From the NCBI GenBank assembly GCA_039110515.1, contig JBCCFY010000010.1:50202-114201 (forward strand): a stretch of DNA of 64,000 nucleotides. The letters run 5' to 3'. Below the pieces are notes generated by a model. That model ran no database searches, was not told where the DNA came from, and saw only the letters and a program-made list of their open reading frames with translations. Origin of the DNA: Pseudomonadota bacterium. Its GTDB lineage: Bacteria; Pseudomonadota; Gammaproteobacteria; Arenicellales; Arenicellaceae. Shown in pieces: positions 40,283 to 49,672 of this stretch (position 1 is the first letter of the stretch; the number at the start of each line of letters is the position of its first letter). A program made the translations under genes and the position numbers.

Positions 40283-40410
40283 ATTTCACTCCTCACTTGT
40301 CGTGTGTTTGACTTAGCTCCACCGCCTTCCATGCCAGTGATTAAGCGCCATCTGGGAGATATTCTCAACTCTCAAAGACTGCGCTTCAATTGAAAACTAT
40401 TGTACAATGG

Positions 40411-40425
40411 ATTAGTAATAGTAAT
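40411..40425. promoter_or_regulatory. LysR-type T-N11-A box (ATTA-N7-TAAT)
   Basis: attagtaatagtaat between the divergent mttB and lysR genes, immediately upstream of the lysR start. Confidence 0.6.
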
Positions 40426-40433
40426 GCGTAATA

Positions 40434-41342
40434 GTGACCACAATGCAACGCCTACTGCCCCCTTTAACCAGTTTGAAAACGTTCGAAGCGGCCGCCCGAC
40501 ACTTAAGTTTTACTAATGCAGCAACTGAGCTGTGTGTGACTCAGGCGGCCATCAGCCATCAGATCAAAGCGATTGAAGAATACCTGGGTGCGGCATTGTT
40601 TATTCGCCACCCTCGGAGGCTGGAACTAACTGCCACCGGAGAGAAACTTTTGCCGGTTGTGCGCGAATCATTGGATGCGATTAGCCGCACGGTAGCCGAC
40701 ATCCGCAACGAACGAGAATTCTCACCGCTGTGCATCGCCGTGGCGCCTTCGTTTGCAGTGCATTGGCTGATGCCGCGGCTGGAAGAATTGTTTGAAAAAC
40801 ACCCAGGCATCGAGCTATCACTCAAACACTGGAACGGGATGGTGGATTTCACCAAAGAGTCTTTCGACATCGCTATCAGTTATGGCCCAAACCAGTGGCG
40901 CGGCTTGCAGTCGCAGGCAGTGCTCAATATAGATTTTTTCCCGGTGTGCGCGCCGGAGCTGTTACAAGGCAAACACAAGTTGGAGACTGTGGACGACCTG
41001 CAGCACTTCAACTTGCTGCACGATGCTGATCATCAAACCTGGGCTAAATGGCTGCAACTGGCGGGCGCGAATCAAGTAGACCCGAATCGAGGCACCATCG
41101 TGGACGATACCAATGTGCTTATTAAGGCTGCACGCGATGGCCTGGGAGTGGCGATGTGCTCAATGCCGTTCGTGAAGGAGTTGCTGGCAACCGGAAAATT
41201 GGTGCAGCCCTTCGAATTGTCGTTGTCATCCGACAAGGCATACTACGCTGTTTGCCCCAAGGAGCATCTGTCCAGGAAAGAGGTAAGTACATTTTGGTCG
41301 TGGTTGACAGAGCAATCGCGTCGACAGGAAGAATCTCTCTAG
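40434..41342 (+). CDS. LysR-family regulator, GcvA-like
   Basis: LPPLTSLKTFEAAARHLSFT.AA.EL.VTQAAISHQIK HTH; WLMPRL; divergent from mttB. Confidence 0.93.
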   Translation: MTTMQRLLPPLTSLKTFEAAARHLSFTNAATELCVTQAAISHQIKAIEEYLGAALFIRHPRRLELTATGEKLLPVVRESLDAISRTVADIRNEREFSPLCIAVAPSFAVHWLMPRLEELFEKHPGIELSLKHWNGMVDFTKESFDIAISYGPNQWRGLQSQAVLNIDFFPVCAPELLQGKHKLETVDDLQHFNLLHDADHQTWAKWLQLAGANQVDPNRGTIVDDTNVLIKAARDGLGVAMCSMPFVKELLATGKLVQPFELSLSSDKAYYAVCPKEHLSRKEVSTFWSWLTEQSRRQEESL

Positions 41343-41889
41343 CAAAGAATGATAGGAGCTTGTGACCGGGGGGCGATACCTGAAGAACAATACAGTCGCC
41401 GATAGGAAATCGGATAATACCAATTCGTATCCTCAGCCAGGAAATCGACCCGCCCACGAGCCTGGGCATTGCAAAAACGAATCCTGAGTTCCGGACTGTT
41501 AAATTGGTCGGGTTGCGGGTCTACCCGATCAAACTTCATAGTCAACAGTCTCATCCTCACGTGCAATGAGTGCCCAGGAAGCTCCAAGCACGATACGCCC
41601 ACTACAATGTATCCAGGAGGAGCGCGCGTTTATATTTAAAATCAGCCTGAATTCTCGCTCGGTTCTATCATCCTGATTTTAAGTCCGTGACTGCCGTGAG
41701 ATGTAGATAAACGGCAATGCGATGAAATATTTGTTCCTAATCTCTTGTCGATTCACGAAAGTATGAAGGGTGACATCATTTGAGTGAGAGAATTCCACAA
41801 TCGCCGGCACTATCTTACTAATTGACAATTCTCCGGCCTAAGGCGACTAGCTATCGGGCCGAGATAATACAGTGCTTGGGGAGCAGGAT

Positions 41890-42447
41890 ATGAACGAGGA
41901 TAATTTTTGGAGTTCATGGATGGGGCCGTGGGTCGGCGCGATTACCGTGTTAATCGCCATCTTGCTGTTATGGGCTGCCCATAAGTTTGGTGAAGCCTAC
42001 AAAAATCAAATCACCTCCTTGGATAGCGCGACAATAGAATCGCTAAACCGCATCAATGCTATGAAAAAGTGCATTGAAACCTCCACGACTGCAGTGAAAG
42101 CCTATGTGGCGATCGATGATATTGCCTACTCCCGCGAGGACCTGGTGCTAAGGCGAGAGATAGAGGACCAACTACTCGCAGTAATTCAGACTGATGCATC
42201 TAGCGACCGTGCAGACACCAAAAAACAAGATGCCTATGTAAGAGAGTTGCAAGGGATCGAACAAAAACTGCAGAAATTGAAAAGTGCAATGGATTTGGCC
42301 GACAGCCCCACGAACTCTGATAACAAAGGCGGTTCGAGCGAGATAGCCGAATTTTTTCCACGGCAGACGATCAAACAGCGATTAAAAACGGGAATTGAAA
42401 CCTGTATTAGAGCAGCAAATCCAGAACCGCAGGAGAAGAAATCATGA
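41890..42447 (+). CDS. Hypothetical protein with a single N-terminal TM anchor and helical body
   Basis: ATG at 41890 with SD AGGA (ORF open from 41872); one hydrophobic helix; ATGA overlap with the next gene. Confidence 0.7.
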   Translation: MNEDNFWSSWMGPWVGAITVLIAILLLWAAHKFGEAYKNQITSLDSATIESLNRINAMKKCIETSTTAVKAYVAIDDIAYSREDLVLRREIEDQLLAVIQTDASSDRADTKKQDAYVRELQGIEQKLQKLKSAMDLADSPTNSDNKGGSSEIAEFFPRQTIKQRLKTGIETCIRAANPEPQEKKS

Positions 42448-44282
42448 AACCAGTATCAAGCATGATTAAAAAAACTTTGATGTTCGCAACGGCGGTTGTG
42501 CTCTCGGCGTGTGCTGGTAAAGATATAATTCACCAGCCCGACCAGGCAGAAAGAACAGGTGTACCTTACAGGCTGCCAAAAACGTTTATTGACATAGAGC
42601 TAGGGCACAAAACACTTGGCTCGCAGTCACATATCGTTCTCAAGAGCTCGACCAGGCATGTGCCGGACCATTCGGAGCTCTATCTACTTGATCCGACATC
42701 AGAAAGTTGGTTAACAACTACCGACCATCATTTTGTGGTGGATCAAGGATTGATCAAAAGCGTTAATACCACGGACATTGCTGAAGGCGGCGCTGTATTA
42801 GAAAACGTGACAACCAGCTTAATCAATCTGGGTAAGAGCGCCACCTTCGTTGCACAGAGTGCCAAGTCCAAGGCTTTTAACACCGTACAGAGCTTTCCTA
42901 CCCCAGAAGAGTTACTTCAGATTAGCCAGATGCTTACGCTCTCGGGTACCAGTATAACGATTGATCCTAATGCCGTGCCTACAGTTCGGGTACCAGTCCC
43001 CGCTACTAATGGAATCTTGTACTTAACTTTTAATGAATCGTATTCACCGCCAGCTTCGGTTCCATACACTCCTTTGCCAGCCTGGCCTGTCGTCAATAAC
43101 CTTGATACCTCGAAGATTGAAACCCAATGTGATGCCGCAGGCGAAATTAATGCGAGTCGTGAGTTGGCTCTTTTTCCAAGTGCGATAATCGCGCTTGATC
43201 ACTCCCATTTAGGCGGTCGACCGCCCGTGAGCAGTTCATCTGCGCCTGCGGGTAAGCTTGCGAGCTCGAACAATACAGTTTACGGCTTGTTTACAAAAGC
43301 ATTGCGCGAATTTGACCTAACGCTGCACCTCTATGTGGATTTGTGGAAACTGAGGGAGTACAGAATTGAGAGAATGGTTCAAGACTTCGAACGTAAGGTA
43401 CAGGATTTACATGAGGCCTTGGACAGTAAGGATAATAGTAATATCGAGCGTCGCGGATCCCAGGCATGTCGATCAAATCAGGCGGAGCATGCCCAACTAA
43501 ATCAACAAGTGGCCGCATTGACTAATATGGCACTGTTGGGCGGCGATAGGCTCAATAAGGAGTTTATTGACGCCAGGCTAAAAATATTGAGAGCAGATTT
43601 AGCTCGCTTGGATAATGACGTAAATTCGTGTGAAAACCGAAAACAAAATGTCTGGAAAAACATCGCATCTATCAGGGACCAGTGCAGGAGAGTAGCAGCG
43701 CAATCGAGAAATATTCTGCAAACAATCGAATGGCGTCCGCAACAGGATTATCTGATGGCGCGAAATGATCAGATTTTGCAGGTAGCTGGCGACGAGGTCG
43801 TTTCGGTGCCATTGACGCGCGCCACCATGGGTAAGACCACTAACGATCTAAAATTTGTCAGCGGGTTTCTAACCGATTTTCACCAGGTTAAACCATCCGA
43901 AGGTAAGGTGTTGACGGAATCCATTGTGAATTCCACCACCAGCCTGTATGACGCTCTTGTGGCCATTGCACAGATACCAGCAGAGGCGCTGGGACTAAAA
44001 CTAGATGAAATCAATGCGCAGCAATCATTGACCGACGGGCAAATAATCCTTAACAACAAACGGGATCTCTTGCAGGGAAAAAGGCATGAAATTCAGAGCA
44101 TTTTACTGGATGCGCATCTTGAGGCGGTACGAGCAGATCCAGCCGCGCACCTGGAGTTGCTGAACAATATTGGGCTAGATATCGTTCAGTCTGGTGCTGA
44201 CAGCGAAGAAGCAGCAGATGCCGGCGGCGATAGCGAAGCTACGGAAACGTCGACAGAAGATACCCCTACTGAGGGAGAGTAG
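42444..44282 (+). CDS. Hypothetical lipoprotein (DUF4831-like motifs, central coiled coil, acidic tail)
   Basis: Lipobox LSAC; GVPYRLPKT and LxFxSGxLT...KPSE motifs; family assignment from memory. Confidence 0.7.
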   Translation: MKPVSSMIKKTLMFATAVVLSACAGKDIIHQPDQAERTGVPYRLPKTFIDIELGHKTLGSQSHIVLKSSTRHVPDHSELYLLDPTSESWLTTTDHHFVVDQGLIKSVNTTDIAEGGAVLENVTTSLINLGKSATFVAQSAKSKAFNTVQSFPTPEELLQISQMLTLSGTSITIDPNAVPTVRVPVPATNGILYLTFNESYSPPASVPYTPLPAWPVVNNLDTSKIETQCDAAGEINASRELALFPSAIIALDHSHLGGRPPVSSSSAPAGKLASSNNTVYGLFTKALREFDLTLHLYVDLWKLREYRIERMVQDFERKVQDLHEALDSKDNSNIERRGSQACRSNQAEHAQLNQQVAALTNMALLGGDRLNKEFIDARLKILRADLARLDNDVNSCENRKQNVWKNIASIRDQCRRVAAQSRNILQTIEWRPQQDYLMARNDQILQVAGDEVVSVPLTRATMGKTTNDLKFVSGFLTDFHQVKPSEGKVLTESIVNSTTSLYDALVAIAQIPAEALGLKLDEINAQQSLTDGQIILNNKRDLLQGKRHEIQSILLDAHLEAVRADPAAHLELLNNIGLDIVQSGADSEEAADAGGDSEATETSTEDTPTEGE

Positions 44283-44285
44283 CTT

Positions 44286-45050
44286 GTGAACCCAAAAATT
44301 AAGATCACCGCAGGCCCAATGTTGTGCAAAAGAGCCGAACCAAGCGTGCATTTTGGAGGTCCGCCGAACGGGCTTGTTCGCAAGGAGCGACCTGTACGAC
44401 CGGGCAACAGTATAAGTATAGCCGGTGGCGAGGCCGGGACCGCTACCGTGATGGTAAAGCAACTAGGTGCAAATGATGGAGCAACCTATTTACTCAGTTG
44501 TGAGCACGTACTGAAACCAAATAACCAAGAGGCGGCATCGATTCTGCAGCCAGCCTTGCAGGATGCAACCGGCACTGGGAATTTGAATCGAATTGGTAAC
44601 AAAGTCACGGTTGCTGGTTTGAGCGAATTCAAGAGCAATCAGATTGATGCCGCAATTGTTCAACTAAATAGTGGTATTAAGGGGCAAAACCTCACATCGG
44701 AAGGCAACTGGCCAATATTTTCAGTTGACCGAAATTATGATGATGGCATGCCGGTGACTATGGTTGGGCGCAGTTCTGGTCAAGTAGAGGGCATGATTGT
44801 CAATGCCTCAGTAGATCAGGAAATGGACTACAGCGAACTCGGATGGCTGAAGCCAATATACTTTTCTGGCATCGCTCAGTGCGACTATCCATGTCAGCCA
44901 GGTGACAGTGGAGCCCCAGTCTTGAATTCAGCGACGGGTAGTTTGGTTGGTATTCATATGGCAGGCGGGTCCGATGAGGTTGGTAACTCCTTTGGATTTT
45001 TTTGCCCGGCGTGGCAGGTGTTTGACCAGTTGCATCTACAACTAATATAG
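44286..45050 (+). CDS. Trypsin-like serine protease (Nal1-like), no signal peptide
   Basis: Catalytic triad motifs LSCEHVL (H), IDAAIV (D) and QPGDSGAPV (S). Confidence 0.85.
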   Translation: MNPKIKITAGPMLCKRAEPSVHFGGPPNGLVRKERPVRPGNSISIAGGEAGTATVMVKQLGANDGATYLLSCEHVLKPNNQEAASILQPALQDATGTGNLNRIGNKVTVAGLSEFKSNQIDAAIVQLNSGIKGQNLTSEGNWPIFSVDRNYDDGMPVTMVGRSSGQVEGMIVNASVDQEMDYSELGWLKPIYFSGIAQCDYPCQPGDSGAPVLNSATGSLVGIHMAGGSDEVGNSFGFFCPAWQVFDQLHLQLI

Positions 45051-45067
45051 CTCAGGAGAACTTTATT

Positions 45068-45790
45068 ATGGAATTAGAAACTATTTCTGCGGCGCTGAAC
45101 CAAAATGCTGGCGCCTATGTTGAGTTCTTGATCAAGAGCCTGGCTGGTATTGCCTTGGTAGGCACGCTGTCAATGGCATTAGTTCAAGCCTTCAAGGGCA
45201 TCCCCTTTCTTCCTTTTAGAGAAAAGTTCTTTCAACAACGAACGGAAAAATTTCTGAGAGATCTTTCCAAGGATAATAGTTGGCACGAGATTGAAGAAGT
45301 TATATACCGTTATGGAGCCGGATCTAAAAAAGCCTTTTATAAACAGTCTTTGGAAGAAATCGCCCAAGGCATGGTGGCAGCAAAAAACATAGCTCTAGCT
45401 CGACCCTCTAAAGCAGAGCTAACCAACTTTTTAAGGTTTTTTGAAGATGTTGGTCGGCCCAAATATAACTCGGAGGAGTGCAGCTTAGTGACTGCGCTAC
45501 TGGAACTAATCGCTATTTCAGAGCCAAGCCATGAACAAAAAGAGAACATCAAGTCAATAAACTCCTACTTGAGTTTAATGATTGGCGGTTATATAGACGG
45601 TTTTAAAGTGACTGTTAATCAGCGATGGACATTTTGGCAGCAGTTTGCAGCTATTGTCTTAAGTGTTTGTTTTGTTCTTATGTGGGTTCCCATTGAAGAG
45701 CCCTTATTTCAGTTAATCTACGGTATTCTAGGCGGCATGCTTGCACCATTTGTGCATGATTTAATCAAAAAACTGAAACCGCTCATCTGA
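45068..45790 (+). CDS. Hypothetical three-TM membrane protein
   Basis: SD AGGAG; one N-terminal TM, a soluble middle region, and two C-terminal TMs ending GGMLAPFVHDL. Confidence 0.75.
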   Translation: MELETISAALNQNAGAYVEFLIKSLAGIALVGTLSMALVQAFKGIPFLPFREKFFQQRTEKFLRDLSKDNSWHEIEEVIYRYGAGSKKAFYKQSLEEIAQGMVAAKNIALARPSKAELTNFLRFFEDVGRPKYNSEECSLVTALLELIAISEPSHEQKENIKSINSYLSLMIGGYIDGFKVTVNQRWTFWQQFAAIVLSVCFVLMWVPIEEPLFQLIYGILGGMLAPFVHDLIKKLKPLI

Positions 45791-45983
45791 TTGATCATTA
45801 GCAAATATTTCGATAACAATAGTAGAATGGCACCTGTTGTCATTCTTAAGGAGCTTGAAAGACTAAATTCCATTCAAGACAAACGCTCCCCAGAAACCAC
45901 GTTAAAAAAGATCAATTATCGACAACGCCCAGATAAGTCTGTTGAGGCACTATCAGGTTTGTAAATTATTACAGTAAAATTCC

Positions 45984-47000
45984 GTGCATATGACTGCACG
46001 TAATACCAGAGAATCCAACCGCTCACGTTGGCACTTTCATCCAGATGTAGACAGTCGCATGGCGCCCTATTACGATTGGCCGCCCAATTTGCGCGCTACC
46101 ACAAAAAGATTGATTAGAGGCTGGAGTGTGTTCGATGTGCGTATTTATGTGCTCCTGCTAGCTATTGCCTCTTGGTTGGTTCTTGGCTTCCCTGAAACTG
46201 AAACCAGCGAATTCTCGATAGGCTGGATCACGCAAATCTGGATGCGCTGGTTTATCACCATCAGTCTGGTAGCAGGTGGGCTGCACCTGTATTTCTATAC
46301 ATTCAGAAATCAGGGTGATATCGAGCGATACGAGCTCAAGGATTTAGCACACGATTCAGGCAAGTTCCATTTCAGAAACCAGGTTTGGGACAATATGTTT
46401 TGGGTGTTAACTGGCACCGTTGGGTTTCTCACCTTTTATGAGGTCATCATCATATGGGCTTATGCAAATGGAGTTGCCCCGCAGATATCATTTAGTGAAA
46501 ACCCTATATTGTTTGTTGCCCTTATACTGATTACTCCAGGCTGGACAGCCTTCCATTTTTACTGGCAGCACCGCGCGTTTCATATTCCGGCCTTGTATCG
46601 CCTGGGACATGATTGGCACCATAAAAACGTTACCGTGGGGCCGTGGTCCGGCGCTGCGGTGCATCCGGTAGAAAACCTGGTTTGGTTCAGCGCTGTTTTA
46701 ATTCTACTTATCGTCCCATCACACCCAATCCATGCACTCTTTTTAATGCACTTGCAGGTGATTACCGCCATCACCACGCATGTGGGTTATGACAGTTTAA
46801 AGCTGAGAAAACAACATCAATTTCAGCTGGGCGACTTTTTCCATCAGCTGCACCACCGGTACTACGATTGTAACTACGGCACCTCTTCTGGGCCCTGGGA
46901 CAGGTGGTTTGGCACCTATCATGATGGAACAGAGGAAGGGAATCGACGCATACAAAAGCATCGCGAACGAATCAGAGGCAAGCACCAACACTCAGAATGA
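45984..47000 (+). CDS. Sterol desaturase / fatty acid hydroxylase family protein
   Basis: His boxes QHRAFH, HDWHH and HQLHH, plus DCNYG and WDRWFGT motifs. Confidence 0.88.
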   Translation: MHMTARNTRESNRSRWHFHPDVDSRMAPYYDWPPNLRATTKRLIRGWSVFDVRIYVLLLAIASWLVLGFPETETSEFSIGWITQIWMRWFITISLVAGGLHLYFYTFRNQGDIERYELKDLAHDSGKFHFRNQVWDNMFWVLTGTVGFLTFYEVIIIWAYANGVAPQISFSENPILFVALILITPGWTAFHFYWQHRAFHIPALYRLGHDWHHKNVTVGPWSGAAVHPVENLVWFSAVLILLIVPSHPIHALFLMHLQVITAITTHVGYDSLKLRKQHQFQLGDFFHQLHHRYYDCNYGTSSGPWDRWFGTYHDGTEEGNRRIQKHRERIRGKHQHSE

Positions 47001-47010
47001 GTGATCGGCG

Positions 47011-48420
47011 ATGGTGTACTATAAAGCCATGAGAGGTCGCCGTTTATCACTACTCGTTTTGATGCTGAGTTTGCTCTGCGCTCCTGCTGCGCAGGCGGGG
47101 CTACTATCGGCACTCACCAAGGCGGTTAAAAAAGTAGAGGCGCCAGATGGAAGCCTGGCCGCAATCCCCGATATCAAATGGCAGGCTCTTGGTGTAAACG
47201 CCATCGATGGAGTGCCACCAACGGTAGTGCGCGGCAAATTGAACGCAGACAATCAGTGGGTGTTGCAGGACAGTGCGGGTAAAGTGGTCGATGATATCGC
47301 GTCAGTGAGCAACCCCGCTATCGTGATAGACCAGGCGTATCTGCCGACACGACTCTCTGAGTTGAACCGCCTGCCAACGGATGCGCCCATATTGCTGCGC
47401 TCGGATGAAGCGCTGTTTCGCTTGGAGAACAACAACGGTTGGGTATTGAAGTCTGGCCAGGCTGGCATTCGAGTGACCACGGCTCCCGATACAAAAACTG
47501 CACTGCATCATTTCTCTAGACCCTGGTCTAATGGCCCGGTTCGCATTGTTGGCCTGAAAGATCAGGCTGCAACATCAATGAGCCTAAGGCGCGGCGTTGA
47601 TGTGAAAACCATCATGGAAATGCCATCGCAACTGCGTGGACAGACCCTGGCGCTGGCAGGGCCAATAAAAAACAATCGGATCTCAGTGGCGGGCAAGCAA
47701 GTTTCAATCTCCGATCTACGCCGGATCGCCGACGAAAATGACATCAGCCTGGTGATTATGGAAAGCCAGCGCAAAGTGTCACCCAAAGCGCTCCTGAAAC
47801 GGCTGGATGACAACATGGTGGATGGCGTGCCACAAAACACCGGGCAGTTTCTCGCTCGCCTGAATCAACCAGGCGCGGAATCGAGTTTCACCATCAGCCC
47901 AACCTCAAAGAATCAGGTTGTGATTCGCCGCCAAGCGCAGGCCAGCAATGACGCGGCAACAGAGGCGAGCCAACAAACCTCCACCAAGATGGAAACAGTT
48001 ATTGGCGTGCATACCGCCATACGCATAATGCTATATCGACCCGGTGAGGAGCGCCAACAAGAACTTGAAGACCTGGTATTTGGGTGGCTACCAAGCTGGG
48101 TGTTAGGTTACATGGTGGTGTCCCTTGTGGCTGGAGCGGTGTTTGCTGGTACTACATCAGGTGTGTTTTATAAATATTGGCCAACTAGTGGCACTCAGAA
48201 TCGCTGGTTGCGAGGTACTGAGATCGGGTTCAGCGTGGTGGTATTTTTCATATTCCTTTTGTTTCTAGGCTTGCCAGTGGCGATTGCTAAGGTTATTTGG
48301 ATGATATTGAAGGGAATATGGTGGGTGTTGGCTGGAGTAGTGGTTATAGTTATGGGATTGGGTGCGATGATTTCGAAGTTGTTTCGTCGGGGTGACGCTG
48401 CTGATGAGCGAGTGCATTGA
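47011..48420 (+). CDS. Hypothetical exported protein with C-terminal TM helices
   Basis: 469-aa ORF; signal peptide (probable ATG at 47029, ending AQA); about three C-terminal hydrophobic helices. Confidence 0.7.
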   Translation: MVYYKAMRGRRLSLLVLMLSLLCAPAAQAGLLSALTKAVKKVEAPDGSLAAIPDIKWQALGVNAIDGVPPTVVRGKLNADNQWVLQDSAGKVVDDIASVSNPAIVIDQAYLPTRLSELNRLPTDAPILLRSDEALFRLENNNGWVLKSGQAGIRVTTAPDTKTALHHFSRPWSNGPVRIVGLKDQAATSMSLRRGVDVKTIMEMPSQLRGQTLALAGPIKNNRISVAGKQVSISDLRRIADENDISLVIMESQRKVSPKALLKRLDDNMVDGVPQNTGQFLARLNQPGAESSFTISPTSKNQVVIRRQAQASNDAATEASQQTSTKMETVIGVHTAIRIMLYRPGEERQQELEDLVFGWLPSWVLGYMVVSLVAGAVFAGTTSGVFYKYWPTSGTQNRWLRGTEIGFSVVVFFIFLLFLGLPVAIAKVIWMILKGIWWVLAGVVVIVMGLGAMISKLFRRGDAADERVH

Positions 48421-48549
48421 GGTGTGCTTTTTTACCGCGGTCTAGGCGTAATATTTAAAGTTGGTCTGCATGCTTTGTAAAACAAGAATAATCTGTGTAT
48501 CTTAAACGCAAGTTATCAGAGGGTAGACTAAACGACAAGCGTCAAGGGG

Positions 48550-48753
48550 ATGACACCACCCACGGACATACTAGAGACTGCTAGCAGGCTTGAAATTGAG
48601 AGCAAGCTTGTGGAGGCAGGGTGGGTAATACAAGATAAAAGAACCATTAACCGTATCGAACGTCGGCAAAGCTCGCTTACAGTAGTCGTACGCGATATGG
48701 ACACCTCCACTGGCTGCCTAGACTATGCCGCGTCTGATCAAGGAAAGGCCTGA
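48550..48753 (+). pseudogene. hsdR: N-terminal fragment of a type I restriction enzyme R subunit
   Basis: MTP...SRLEIESKLVEAGWVIQD...VRDMDTSTGCLDY matches the EcoKI/EcoEI-type HsdR N-terminus but stops after 67 aa, before the E-x-K nuclease motif. Confidence 0.7.
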
Positions 48754-48765
48754 TAGGAAAGTAAA

Positions 48766-49605
48766 TTGTTTACTCCTGGGTTAAGAATCAAACGATCTGT
48801 CATCCATGATAAGTACGGAGGGAGTCGACGAAGTGGGATCAGCCCATCGGCAAAATTCCCCTACATCTTTATTTTTACAGGTGCATCAGGCTCGACATAT
48901 GGATACGAAGATCAATGGCTGACTAAGGATGTATTCCAATATACTGGCGAGGGCCAAAATGGAGACATGGAGTTCGTCCGAGGGAATCTCGCTATTCGAA
49001 ATCACATTAAAGGCCAAAAGCAGGTTTTTTTGTTTGAATCAGCGGATAAAGGCCATGTGCATTTTGTAGCTGAAGTAACGGTCTTTGATGTAGACTATTT
49101 TGAGGGTGTTGATGTAAATGGCCGGAGCCGGCGAGGCATCAAGTTTTTCTTCTCAAGGGCGGATCAGCGAGTAAGCCATGTTGATCCCGCAATGGATTAT
49201 TTCACCGCAGAGATCAAAGACCCAAGAAAGCCTACACAAACTGAAAGAAGTGGATTAGTAACATCGCGCGTAGGTCAAGGCGCCTATCGAAAAAGCCTAA
49301 TCTACCGTTGGGGAAATAGATGTGCGGTCACCAGGTATGAAAATCAAAAGGTGTTGATAGCATCTCATATTGTGCCGTGGAAAGAAGCGTCAGATACAGA
49401 GCGCCTCGATGTGAATAATGGTCTACTACTCTCACCAACTTACGATGCTCTGTTTGATAAAAATTTGATTAGTTTCGGTGATGAAGGTGAGATTCTACTT
49501 TCACAAGAAATTCGTTTGTCTTCACACCACAGAATTGGAGTAACAGGGCAGGAGCAGATAGTGGGGCTATCCGCTTCCAAATTAAAATATTTATCAAGGC
49601 ACTGA
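48766..49605 (+). CDS. SRA/PUA-like domain plus HNH endonuclease (modification-dependent, type IV restriction-like)
   Basis: N-terminal IHDKYGG...SGIS...YGYED.W...YTGEGQ.GDM; C-terminal RVGQGAYR...CAVT...ASHIVPW...NGLLL...DALFD. Confidence 0.85.
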   Translation: MFTPGLRIKRSVIHDKYGGSRRSGISPSAKFPYIFIFTGASGSTYGYEDQWLTKDVFQYTGEGQNGDMEFVRGNLAIRNHIKGQKQVFLFESADKGHVHFVAEVTVFDVDYFEGVDVNGRSRRGIKFFFSRADQRVSHVDPAMDYFTAEIKDPRKPTQTERSGLVTSRVGQGAYRKSLIYRWGNRCAVTRYENQKVLIASHIVPWKEASDTERLDVNNGLLLSPTYDALFDKNLISFGDEGEILLSQEIRLSSHHRIGVTGQEQIVGLSASKLKYLSRH

Positions 49606-49672
49606 AAATTAGGCGGATTTTAGAAAGTGAGCCGAGATTATAATATATTTACCTGAACGACCTTAAAGGGAT

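Noticed and set aside
40300-40345. Minus-strand CACTG-gca-TGGAAGGC...AAGTCA upstream of mttB, reminiscent of the 3' part of a cobalamin riboswitch
   Set aside because: The conserved 5' AGGGAA/AACTGT elements and a full B12 box are not visible. An Infernal search with the cobalamin models would settle it.
41339-41602. 87-aa minus-strand ORF convergent with lysR
   Set aside because: No motif or convincing SD; it cannot be told apart from non-coding or decayed DNA.
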